Below, piece by piece: positions 52,839-64,000 of a stretch of DNA of 64,000 nt. Each line of letters starts with the position of its first letter. Positions within the stretch are counted from its first letter, which is position 1. This DNA comes from Octopus vulgaris (Eukaryota). Location: NCBI GenBank assembly GCA_951406725.2, contig OX597822.1:70308001-70372000 (forward strand). Direction: 5' to 3'. Under the pieces are notes generated by a model. It saw only the letters and a list, made by a program, of their open reading frames with translations. It made no database searches and was not told where the DNA came from. Position numbers and translations under genes: made by a program.

Positions 52839-53194
52839 CGGAGTAAACACATAAATGTGAAACAAGGTGGAAAAAAGAGTACTCAAATACCAGTGGTAGA
52901 GTAATATGCTTTATTTTAAGCAGCAGAAAATTCAACAAAATCTGTTACTCTGAGTTTCTCGTTGCCGTTCATCAGACAGTTTTTGCTAGAATGGAACATA
53001 TATATTAATTCAATCTATACTCTTACAAACGCTACACCTTTAAAAAGAAATGGACTTGTTTGATTGGCCCTTTAGAATCAAACAAGTCCATTTCTTTTTA
53101 AAGGTGTAGCGTTTGTAAGAATTAATATATATGTTCCATTCTAGCAATTAATATATATGTTCCATTCTAGCAAAATTTTGTTGAATTTTCTGCT
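52836..53194. mobile_element. Fold-back (Penelope-like) element in (TA)n carrying a hammerhead
   Basis: 45-bp perfect inverted repeat 53021-53065 / 53076-53120 within longer arms; same family as 23381-23545. Confidence 0.85.
52942..52979 (-). ncRNA. Minimal type I hammerhead ribozyme (family 1), core intact
   Basis: CUGU-CUGAUGA-ACG(GCAA)CGA-GAA-ACUC(A)GAGU-A^-ACAG. GNRA loop, GUA triplet. The first stem II pair is A-A here but A-U in the 23470 copy. Confidence 0.8.
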
Positions 53195-53237
<43 letters not shown>

Positions 53238-53244
<7 letters not shown>

Positions 53245-53459
53245 TTAGAGACAAAACCACTATTTTGCAAAACAAACAAGGAAATTTTTAACTTTTTATT
53301 AAAATTTTATGTATTGATTAAGTCTTTCCTTGTTTGTTTTGCAAAATAGTGGTTTTGTCTCTAATTAATATTATATAATATTTTACTATAAAATTGGATT
53401 TAATCCTAAATTTGATTTTTTTCCCTGTAAATTTGGATTTATTCCCTAATATTTATTAT

Positions 53460-53460
<1 letters not shown>
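53238..53460. mobile_element. Fold-back element in (TA)n, no hammerhead seen
   Basis: 47-bp perfect inverted repeat 53238-53284 / 53325-53371, then a unique tail; TA repeats on both sides. Confidence 0.75.
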
Positions 53461-53497
<37 letters not shown>

Positions 53498-53501
53498 CAT
53501 T

Positions 53502-53532
<31 letters not shown>

Positions 53533-53573
53533 GTATTTGCATGTGTGTGTATAATATATATATATATTTGCAT

Positions 53574-53604
<31 letters not shown>

Positions 53605-54542
53605 GATATATCCATATATAGTCTATAAACACACTGCATCTAGATGTGTGCATGAGTGAATATGTTTTTGTGTGTGTGATGTATTAATAGCTCAATCAGA
53701 AAGATTTTACTTGTCAATTTTCTCTCTCCTCATCGGATTTAAGTATTTTAATTGAAAGGTTTTAAAAACAGTTTGTTTTTTTTTAAAAAAAGATCTACTT
53801 TTTCTTTTTTTTTTTTTAAACTTTAAATTTAATACTTGCTATAATTTTTAGAAACTCATTCCAGATCTGAAGACTTAAATATGCAGATAAATAAAATATT
53901 CTAAAACTGTATTCATTACTAACATCTATATTTTTATTCCTCTCATAAAATTGATTTCCTTATTCTCAACTTTACATCTTTCACTATAAATAGTTTATTC
54001 ATTTCATTTTGCAACTCATTGCGACATTACGACTCTTTTAGTGTTTTTGCTTTTATTAAAAGGGGTTTTTAACTAATACAAACAGGATAAATTTTCTGTC
54101 ATTACAAATTGCGAAAATCAAGAATTCATAAGAAAAACTAGTAATTTAGATTGTTATTGTAGTGGCATTGAAGTACCATTAAATAGATATTATCTCCAGT
54201 CAAATTTACCTCGTGCTTACTATCAGCGTAAAATCTAATGGATATAATTCTAAGTGATTTCAAATCAAATACTATCGAAGAAAAGAAACCTTGTAACTAC
54301 ATTTTAAAATGGTGTCAGTTAATGACAGTTAAAATTATGATGTGCGAGGTATTTAGCGACAACAACATTATCTTGCTGACAAAAATACAATTAAAGTTTT
54401 ACTGGAAGTAGTTCTTATGAAAATTTCAATTTCATTATCTTAAAGGCTGAAATGTTATTTTAGTTCGTGTGCTTGCTAGGAGCGAGTTGTTGATGGTTTG
54501 CTTGCCTTGGTTGAAAAAGGTAGTCAGTTCAAGTTGTTGTGC

Positions 54543-54582
<40 letters not shown>

Positions 54583-54646
54583 TTGTTTTACAGATAAAAA
54601 AATATCTCAAGGTTGGATATATTGTCTTGACATATTTAACTTTTAG

Positions 54647-54870
54647 TGAAGGCATGTGACTCAATGGTTAGATTATTCAGCTCACGATTGTTAGGTTGTA
54701 AGTTCGATTCCTGATGGTGCATTGTCTTCTTGAGTAAGACACTTTATTTTACATTGTTCTAGCTGGCAACGTGAGTTGTATTTTTGTACCTGTAATTAAA
54801 AGGCCCATTCTTGTCATATTCTGTGTCATATTCTGAGTCTCCCTGCGAACTACCTTAAGGGTACATCAGC
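54647..54870 (+). mobile_element. SINE family D
   Basis: tgaaggcatgtgactcaatggttaga...aagttcgattcc...cttgagtaagacacttt. Confidence 0.75.
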
Positions 54871-54954
54871 TTCATATCTCAATTAATTAAGTTACATATC
54901 TGGAACTTCTGAGATTAGTTGTTGCTAGAATAGTACTCCATCAATTGGATAACC

Positions 54955-55420
54955 ATCATCATCAGCATCAACATCATCGTCATTTAATGTCTACTTTCCA
55001 TGCTGGCATGGGTTGGACAGTTTGACTGAGGACGGCTAAACCAGGAGGCTACACCAGGCTCTGATCTGATCTGGCAAAGTTTCTACAGCTGGATGCCCTT
55101 CCTAATGCCAACTACTCTGAGAGTGCAGTTGGGTGCTTTTTATGTGCCATTGGCATGGAGGGACAGTTAGGCAACACTAGCATCAACCATGCTTGGATGG
55201 TGCTTTTTATGTGCCACTAATGGGAGCCAGTCAAGTGACACTGGCACCAACCATTTTTGAATTGTGCTTTTTATGTGCCACTAGCACAGGATCCAGTCAG
55301 GTGACATTGGCACCAACCACTCTCGAATAGTGCTTTTTATACGCCACTGTCATGGGAGCCAGTAAGGTGACACTGGCATCAACCACCCTTGAATGGAGCT
55401 TTTTATGTGCCACCGGCACG
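54955..55420 (-). mobile_element. SINE family C with an internal ~65-bp minisatellite
   Basis: (CAT)n tail and C core, then gtgctttttatgtgcca recurring near 55133, 55200, 55264, 55330 and 55396. Confidence 0.85.
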
Positions 55421-55814
55421 ATTTGAAGGAAATTTTCATGAACCCACTAGTCCACTTTATTCTTTAGTTGTTTTACAAGTGTCATATTTTTCACATATAG
55501 CCTCAAATTATTATTTGATATGATGTCTTGTAGCATTAGCTTGCCTGGAAATTGGAGAGCTTTTAGGACAAAGAGGTGTCTTGGCATTAAAATCTTCATC
55601 TGATATATGTATATATATGTGCATAGTACAAGATGCAGCTGCATTGAGATAGACAGTTAATGCATTTATATGGTATCTGCTTCAAGGGTATAAGTAGGCA
55701 ACGCAAAGAGAAATCGAAAGAAGGCTTGGGAAAGCCTGGAAGAATCCAGTTACTGAAAGAGAAAAATAAACGGATCAATCCCAGTCTGCAGCTGGTACTT
55801 GTGGGGTGGGGGGA

Positions 55815-55910
55815 ATGATAAATTAAGTACCAGTTGTGTACTGGGGTCGATCTAATCGACTGGCACCCTCCCTCAAAATTTCAGGCCTTGTGCCTAGAAT
55901 AGAAAAGTAT
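55815..55910 (+). mobile_element. SINE family A 3' half
   Basis: gataaattaagtaccagttg..tactggggtcgat...ttcaggccttgtgcct. Confidence 0.8.
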
Positions 55911-56276
55911 ATTTATCTATCATACCTGTTATTTATCTTGAGTTTTGAGAATCCCAACATTCAACACTTTGCAGTCTTACTCTCTCGCTTTCCTAAGTCT
56001 TTCCATTTGCACATCTCTGATCAGATATCTCCAGAGTGTAGCATTTCCATTTAACTCTGTTCTGGAATTATATTTCCAAAGGTTCTTTGACGCTTTCCAG
56101 TTTAACTTTGGTTTATTAAGTTAGGCATAATCAGAACAGATTTCTAATTTGTTTCTTTTTATGATGCAAATGAATGCGGTTCTCAAGAAGTGTGGTGCAC
56201 GTTTGTTCCATGGAGATGTCTCCATGAAGTACTTTAATTTGTACCAATCTAAAGATACATCATTGTGAATCATTCT

Positions 56277-56500
56277 ATCTTTTACTTGTTTTGGTCATTG
56301 GACTGTGGCCATGCTGGGGTATTGCCTTAAAGGGTTTTAGCTGAACAAATAGACCCCCCCCCCCTGCATGAATATTTTTTTAAAATCCTGGTGCTTATTC
56401 TGTCAGTCTCTTAAGCTGAACTGCTAGGTTACACTTGGATGTAAACAAACCAACACTAGTTGTCAAGCAGTTGTGGGGGACAAATAAACACACACGTATG
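56277..56500 (-). mobile_element. SINE family B 3' half
   Basis: Reverse complement of the B tail (cttttacttgttt...gtggccatgctgg). Confidence 0.75.
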
Positions 56501-56678
56501 TGTGTATACAGGGTGGCCCAAAAGTAGGTTTACATTTATCACATAGGCACTTTAAATTTCTTTTAAAACATGTTATTACATTTAGATTTCTAATATGATA
56601 ACCTGAGCCTAAATGAGCTAAGTTTCTGTTAGAAGCCTGCAAAGCTTTAAGTCTCATGGAGTTGAACCAAACTTTTAG

Positions 56679-56728
<50 letters not shown>

Positions 56729-57280
56729 TCCCTAAAATTTGAAATAGGAAGAATTTGGAGCATTCGAACAGTAAAGATCATGTCTATAATAATTGGTGCT
56801 TTGGGGACAGTAAGCCAAGATATAGACAAGTGATTGAAGGAGATTGAAATAGAATGCCCGGTAGAGCTCCTACAGGAAGTTTGTCCTTTAGGAACAAGGA
56901 TTTTCAGGAGGGTTCTAAGCACTTGAAAGACTCCTGAAAACTTGTAGATGCCTAAGGTTACAGGTAGTAAAAGGCGGCGAGCTGGCAGAAGCAGTAGCAT
57001 GCTGGGTGAAATGCGTAGCCATATTTTGGCTGCCGTTACGTTCTGAGTTCAAATTCTGCCGAAGTCGACTTTGCCTTTCATCCTTTGGGGGTTGATAAAT
57101 TAAGTACCAGTTACGCACTGGGGTCGATGTAATCGACTTAATTCGTTTGTCTGTCCTTGTTTGACCTCTCTGTGTTTAGCCCCTTGTGGGTAGTAAAGAA
57201 ATAGGTTACAGGTAGTAACCTACTATCCACATAATCCCTACCAGGAATAAGACCAAATCTGAGACAAACCAAAATTATAA
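56729..57280 (+). mobile_element. 5'-truncated R4/Dong-like LINE end next to (AAT)n, interrupted by a SINE A
   Basis: 56732-56926 reads LKFEIGRIWSIRTVKIMSIIIGALGTVSQDIDK*LKEIEIECPVELLQEVCPLGTRIFRRVLST*. The IIGALG motif matches the endonuclease tail at 29019. Confidence 0.8.
56971..57202 (+). mobile_element. SINE family A, full length, young-looking
   Basis: Perfect 16-bp TSD aggttacaggtagtaa at 56955-56970 and 57203-57218; A box tggcagaa, B box gagttcaaattc. Confidence 0.93.
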
Positions 57281-57299
57281 CATACATACATACATACAT

Positions 57300-57460
57300 G
57301 CATGAGTTTCTTTCAGTTTGTGTTTACCAAATCTGCTCATAAGGCTTTGGCCAGCCTGGGGCTATAATATGACACTTGCCCAAGGTACCATGCAGTGGGA
57401 TTGAACCCAGAACCATGTGGTTGTGAAGCAAACTTCTTACCACCTAGCACGACTGTTTCT
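57300..57460 (-). mobile_element. SINE family B 5' half
   Basis: gacacttgcccaagg..cagtgggattgaacccagaaccatgtggtt. Confidence 0.8.
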
Positions 57461-57889
57461 ATAAAGGTGACTTGTTTTGCAACTTAGATTAGTTTCTGGA
57501 TTACCAAGCATTCAATTATTTACTATTTGGCTCAAACACTTATGTAACTTTTCTCAAGAATGCTATTATATTGTATATAAGAGTTTATTTTAGGCATGAG
57601 ATTTGCCATTCTATAATGATTTTTCAAAAAGCAACAAACATTTACACGCATACTATAGTTTCAACTTTAAGATTATTTACATTCTGTTTAGAATTTATTT
57701 CCTGCAGTTCTGATCAATATCAATGAAATATGTTTACATTTATCAAATTTATTATCAACAGCTTCCACTTTCACTGCACTCACCCAATATTCAGAAATAT
57801 TTTTGAATTATAGAAATTCCATCTTGCCTTTATGGAATTGAAGTGAAAGCTGAAATTTTCCTTAACATCTCAATATTTTCAGCTGAGGT

Positions 57890-58090
57890 GTTGCTGCTGC
57901 TGCTACTGTTGTTGTTGTTATTACTGATCATCATCATCATCATCTTCTTCCACTTCTTCTTCTTCTTCTTCTTTCACTTCTTCCTCTTCTACTTCCACTT
58001 CTTCTTTCACTTCTTCTTCTACTTCCACTTCTTCTTCTTCTGCCCTCTTCCTCTCCTCTTCTTCACCTCCTTCTCCTCCTCTTCTCCTCG
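57890..58090. repeat. Compound trinucleotide microsatellite, mainly (CTT)n-like
   Basis: Direct inspection. Confidence 0.9.
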
Positions 58091-58518
58091 TAAAAAGTAA
58101 TACATTAGGAAGCGTATTGCAACACTAAAACATACACCGTACTCTGGCAGAATCTTCTGCCTGTTGTAACAGAAAGAAAGCCCCTACTAGAATTTATCAT
58201 CCATAGTGTGCTGAACATTTGTTCGCTGTCAATTTCCAACATGCAATAGTTTTGTCACCTGTTTTACAACAACATGTCAAGAAATGATAAGTTGCTTAAT
58301 ATATATTTTCTTCATAGTGAAACTAACTGTAAGCATTGCAGGGGTTTTAGACTGAGTTCATCATATTTCTACAGAACTTGGAACATCTGCTTTTTGTTGC
58401 TTTGAAGAAAGCCATCGTCAGTTTATCTCGGTGAAGATGTTGGCTTTTGCTGTTAGCCATTACTGGAGAACATACGTATTACATCCATTGGTTACCACAT
58501 TGAATTCAAGTACTTTCA

Positions 58519-58709
58519 TTCTTTTATCTTTTACCTGCTTCAGTCACTGGACTATGGCCATGCTGGAGCACGACCTTCAAACAAACTGACTCCAGTACTT
58601 ATTTTCAAGTCTAGTGCTCGTCCCATTATTCTTGTTTGCTAAACTGCTAAATCGTGGGAATATAAACAAACTAGCACCAGTTGTCAAATGGTGGTGGGGT
58701 AGAGAGTCA

Positions 58710-58782
<73 letters not shown>

Positions 58783-58890
58783 TTTCTGTCTACTGAATTC
58801 ACTCAGGGCTATAGTAGAAGATACATGCAGTGGGATTGAACCTAAAGCCTCATAGTTGCAAAACAAGCTTCTTAACCACACAGCCATACC
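58519..58890 (-). mobile_element. Degenerate SINE family B with internal (CA)n
   Basis: Reverse complement of the B tail and head. Confidence 0.8.
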
Positions 58891-58917
58891 AATTCTTATA
58901 TTTTTTTATACTTTGTT

Positions 58918-59330
58918 AGCCACAGGAGTGGCTGTGTGGTAAGTAGCTTGCTTACCAACCACATGATTCCGGGTTCATTCCCACTGCGTAGCACCTTGGG
59001 CAAGTGTCTACTACTATAGCCTCGGGCCGACCAAAGCCATGTGAGTGGATTTGGTAGATGGAAACTGAAAGAAGCCCGTCGTATATATGTATACATATGT
59101 ATATTCATGTGCGTTTATATGTTTGTGTGTCTGTGTTTGTCCCCTCAACATGGCTTGACAACTGATGGTAGTGTGTTTATGTCCCTGTAATTTAGTGGTT
59201 CGGCAAAAGAAACCAATAGAATAAGTACTAGGCTTAAAAAGAATAAGTCCTGAGGTCGATTTGCTCAACTAAAGGCAGTGCTCCAGCATGGCCGCATTCA
59301 AATGACTGAAACAAATAAGAGTAAAAGAGT
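58918..59330 (+). mobile_element. SINE family B, full length
   Basis: Closely similar to 20203-20617. Confidence 0.92.
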
Positions 59331-59714
59331 TATAAAGATTGTGCTCATATTTTTCTGGTATGTTTCTTCATTAGTTAGTACTACTTAGAACAGCCGAAAC
59401 TTTCGGAAACCAGTGATTTGATAAACTATTCAAAATATTCCTCTTCCCTTTAGATCTTAGATTTTCTTCTTCCATTTCTCCTGCAGATCTATCTTATTAT
59501 TTTTAATCCTATTATGTACATTGTAGTTTTTAAAGAACTACTGATGCTAAAACAATGGTAAATTGTAACCCCTAAAAGAACAAGAATTCTGAGTGTTAAA
59601 TATTTTCATATCAAGTAGATTTTATCATAATGGCATCTTTTTGTTGGAGCTAGTTGGTGTCTTGTACCTCCACCACTAAAGTGCCATTGACTCAGTCATC
59701 TCTGTCTCTGACTG

Positions 59715-59753
<39 letters not shown>

Positions 59754-59974
59754 TTTGTTTTGTCCAATCCTCTACACAGGCCCTGCATTAACCAGTTCTT
59801 TCTCCCTAGAAAGAAGTGGTTAATGCAGACCCCTGGAATCCTTTGGCTACTTATGTCTTTCCCCCATCAGTGTTAACAGAACATTAATGGCATCAAGCTC
59901 ACTGACCTTAGAGGATCTGCAAAGGTTATGAGCACAACTGTTTCCTCCAGACTCTGCAAGAAAATATATTCTAG

Positions 59975-60297
59975 ATTTGGCTGTGTGATTAAAAAGCTCA
60001 CTTTGCAAACCACGTGGTTTGGGTTTCAAGTCACATATCTAGTGAATGAGTTTGGGCCAGTCAATGCCTTGTGAATGAATTTGGAAGAGATAAACTGTGG
60101 AAGCCCATTGGGTGTGTGTCTTTTTCTTTGTGTTTCTGTTTGTCCACCACAACCAGTATTAGTTTGTTTATGTCCCTGTAACTTAGTAGTTCAGCAAGAG
60201 AGACAACTAGAATAAATAATGGGGTTGATTGATTGACTAAATCCTTGAAAGAGCATCACAGCATGGCTGCTGTCCATTGACTGAAATGAGTAAAAGG
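59975..60297 (+). mobile_element. Degenerate SINE family B
   Basis: tggctgtgtg...gccttgtgaatgaatttgg...gtccctgtaacttag...gactgaaa. Confidence 0.75.
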
Positions 60298-61330
60298 TAC
60301 AAATTTCTAAGAATAAAAAAGGTACCGAGTGAGCTAAGTGAACTGATAAGCAGTGAATTCAGTTGGAATTCGGTTTAAAACTGCATGCACTTTGTTCAGA
60401 AACCTTTTATCTAAGCAATTTATTGTTATTTTGAGACAGTCTCAACATAAATTATCCTCAATATAAGTATTTCCCTGTGTTTTAGTGGATTTTAGAGTAA
60501 TTTCGATATTTATAAATAAGAGAGATGAATCGAAATAACATTCATATATATTAATTACAGAGGTATTTCATTGTTGAAGGCAAAATAGAAAGTTTTGTTT
60601 GGTAGAAATCTAAAATTTGAATGCACAAGATTTGAAACATAATAATTCTGTGCAGTTTTATTCAAAGCTTTTAGATTAAGTTATTTTTTCTTCTCTTCTT
60701 CTATGTTACTATGGAGATTAGCTGAACACTTTTTAAAGATATTTATAAGACAAGTTTTGTAGGTATAATATAATACCTGAAATAATCAAGGTTTTAGAGA
60801 TGTAATTAAAGAGAAACATGCATAAATATGTTGATTTTCTTAACTTCTGTCCTATTTCATTTGCTGTTTGCAGATGTTATATTATAAACAACTTAAATGA
60901 AAATACATGTTAATTGGTAACCAGTCTTTGCTAAGAGTCTGAAATATTCTGTTCCATTTCACTTGCCAGCTAAAACCAATAATATACAAAATTGATACAA
61001 TGATGATTTTATTAGCTTCTATATTTGATTTTGTACCATTTCTTGAGATATTGTTGACCCTCATAAAAACCCATTACTAGAATTCATTCCTCTGGCTACG
61101 AACTCTAAAATGTTATTGGGAACCTTATGTTACTATACTACATGACAATATTCCATTAATATTTCGGATTGGGACTGAGTAAAGTGGAACCTCTCTTGTA
61201 TACACGCTCTTGCTTTCCTTTACTTGTTGTTGTTAAGAGAATGTTATACATCAGCTGTTTTATAGATAAAACACAGAAGCTGTCAGTTCATTCTATATCC
61301 ATAAAATTTTAACTGTAATATGATTTTCTT

Positions 61331-61500
61331 AGGTGCCGAGCTGGCCAAATTGTTGGCATGCTTGGTGAAATGCTTAGCAATATTTCATGTCTTTACATTC
61401 TGAGTTCAAATTCTGCTGAGGTCGACTTTGCTTTCTATCCTTTCAGGGTCAATAAAATAAGTACCAGTTGAGCCCTGGGGTCGATGTAATCGACTTAACT
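61331..61500 (+). mobile_element. SINE family A, 3'-truncated
   Basis: Head, B box and core to atcgacttaa. Confidence 0.85.
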
Positions 61501-61524
61501 ACTCCTGAGTATGAGTATAAAAAC

Positions 61525-61690
61525 TGCATTCCTCTGTCAAGCCAGTGTGGCCAAGTAGGCTCATCAAATCAGTATGATCTCAAACTCAGATTCATGGCCC
61601 ACACACACTCGACCATGGTTGGTGGAGAGAGCATGCGGAGGCCCTCATCCTGCAGTTGACTGAACATGAGCAATCCAGTCCAATGATTGT
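61525..61690 (+). mobile_element. Possible extreme 3' end of an RTE-like LINE
   Basis: GC-rich block ending ggccctcatcctgcagttgactgaa...ccagtccaatgat, resembling RTE tails. Recognition only. Confidence 0.3.
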
Positions 61691-64000
61691 TTTGATATGA
61701 ATTTTTCTTAATCCTTTTATTATCAGGCCTTGAAAGTTAGTTGCCTATTTTCTCCTTGTTCTCCATGGGTATTTCCTGACTACATCTCAACTATATCGCT
61801 TAGCTAATCTTATAACCTCTGTTGTCATTGTCTGAATGCAAACTCAAAATTATCCCCCCCCCCAGGTTTGATTCCATTCAAAAAATGAATCATTGGTACA
61901 TATAGCTACTCTACTTTCCAGCATTCAAAAACACTCTCACTTTCTTGCAGTTAAAATTTGCATAATTTTAGTCAATTTGAAATTTGTAATTTCCTTCCTT
62001 TCCATTTTATTTTATTTTAATCTCCAAATTCAAACTTAGCTGTAATTAATTTATTTGTTGCATGTGTCCAGTAAAATTCTAAGATGAATTATGTATTAGT
62101 CCAGAGTTCAAGAATTAAAACAGCTTTCTTTTTCCTATTAATGCAAATCCTATTTTTAAAGGATAAAGTATTTTTTAATTTGTTGATTTTTCTTCTTTTG
62201 TTTTTAATTATAAAATTGCTTAAATGTGTCCGTTCTTATGAGACAAAATAGATTTCCACTAAACAGTATTTCTATAAATGGAAAGAATATGAAGAAATAT
62301 ATAAAATTGTTATTGAAATGAATTTGCTCTATAAATAAAAGCAGGAAAAAAAAAAAACCCAAATGAAAAACCAAAAAAATAACAAAATAGCAAAAGAACA
62401 AACACTGACATATTTAAGGTTGTTGTGTTGAGGTGTAGGAAAGTTTCCTGCCACAAGATTTGTCACATACAGTAAATTGAAAAGAAAATATGATAGTTTG
62501 TAATTAATGTCAGCGAGCAGAACAAATAAGTAAAACACAAAAAAAGGGAGAAGCTAATTTAGTGTTGTGGTTGACATAAAAGCATCATATTCAAAAAGTT
62601 AAGCCTAACCTGGTTGGTTTACTAATTGCAAATGTTATACTAATGGGGATTAAATGAAATATAACATTAAAATCCGTTTAATTATGAATGTCCCCTCCCC
62701 AACATCTGCGTGAGTTATTAAAGTAGAGATTTATGTCTTCTGTCTGAATTTTCAATTTAGTATTATCACTGGAGGTTCTTTCAGATTTAATAGTTTCACT
62801 GACAAGTACTCTAACCTTAGACTTGTTTAACTGTAACATTCTTCTCTCTGCTCTCATCTCTATAATCATTTATTTGGTCAAGATACAAGCATGGTGCTTA
62901 TTGAATATTTGTGTTTAGCTTTTGAAATATAGACTTATTCCAATATTTCATAGTCCCTATGTTTAGCTCTTGATTTGGTTGTTGTGGTTGCCTCAGACGA
63001 TGTCACATTAACAGAATGGTTTCAACATGACTTAACTTGAAACTTCTGGAGAACTTGGTCATGAGGAATGTTCCTCGAGCAAGTTTTGGTTCATGCAATT
63101 TACATTCTGTTCAGAGTATGACCCCTCGATGAAAACGCTGTTCTTTTGAACCCACTAGATTAGTTAGATTTGCCTGTCAACACAGCCCCAAATGTATAAT
63201 AGGATTGAGATGAAATTGCATAGACTTGTGTAACATTCTGTTAAAGGAAAGATTATACAGATTAACTAGCTAACTCCCATTTCTAATACCAACCATAGAG
63301 TTAATAATCTTTCACTGCTACAAAGATTGTCTAACAATATTCTGTAGGCTGTCAACATAGCTTAATATGTAAGATGTTATTTTGTTGGGGAGAGAAAAAA
63401 AAATTATTTCCATCATTCACTAGAGTTTCAATATAAATTTTCAATTTAATGTGAATAATTTTCTGAATCAGTCTCTGCTCTAGATTTGTGTTAGGTAGTA
63501 ATACTTATATAATGGATTTGCAAGTTTATAAACAACTCATTCTGAAAAAGAGACATTTGGTCCTTTCTCTATTTTTCAAATGTTTAAATAAAGCTTGTAC
63601 AGCTGATAGTGTACATCACAACACATTCACCTACCTCTTACGTAAGATTGTTCTATAGAAATCTTTTCATCACAGAATTTTCTATATTTTAATTCTAATA
63701 ACTCACCACAGTGTAGTATATGTTGCATGCTGAACAACATAAGAATTGAATCCAATTTATTTCAGTTAATCTCAGATAAAATGGATAATTGATCTTGTAC
63801 TGTGGTACAATGCCGATGGAGAATGTGAATAGCCAGTTCAAATTCCACCTCGATCAACAAGATCTTAGATCTTTTCAAGGTTTACAAAATAAATGTCAGT
63901 GGTCTATTGTATAATATACTTGAGTAGTTTACTTGAAACTTGCTGCAGTGTTTATATGGTTTAAAGGTTAGGGACTCAGTCGCAAAGTAGACTTTAAGTT

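Noticed and set aside
55130-55420. CRISPR-like regularly spaced repeats
   Set aside because: The spacers are homologous to each other, the array is inside a SINE, there are no cas genes and the DNA is eukaryotic.
56971-57070. tRNA genes at SINE heads
   Set aside because: A and B boxes are present but there is no cloverleaf; they continue into SINE bodies with TSDs.
60850-60900. Strong-looking acceptor tttgctgtttgcag
   Set aside because: All frames close within a few codons. It could be a terminal exon but cannot be supported from sequence alone.

Overview
AT-rich, repeat-dense eukaryotic DNA, not prokaryotic. The SINE repertoire and microsatellite load point to an octopus (coleoid cephalopod); this is my recognition and has not been checked. 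It looks mostly intronic or intergenic. None of the supplied ORFs is a credible host gene. I see only a few short candidate spliced exons on the + strand, the best at 30500-30559. The window holds many tRNA-headed SINEs (called families A-D here), several with clean target-site duplications (TSDs). It also holds piggyBac-, hAT- and Tc1/mariner-type MITEs and decayed LINE ends (R4/Dong-like endonuclease, RTE, L1/Tx1). The most striking signal is a set of fold-back elements sitting mostly in (TA)n or other microsatellites. They carry type I hammerhead ribozyme motifs from four sequence-distinct families (about 23.5/52.9 kb, 23.8 kb, 33.9 kb and 39.1 kb), most consistent with Penelope-like element pseudo-LTR derivatives. 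Two hammerheads (23771-23891 and 52942-52979, both minus strand) keep a complete catalytic core. All folds and alignments were done by eye.
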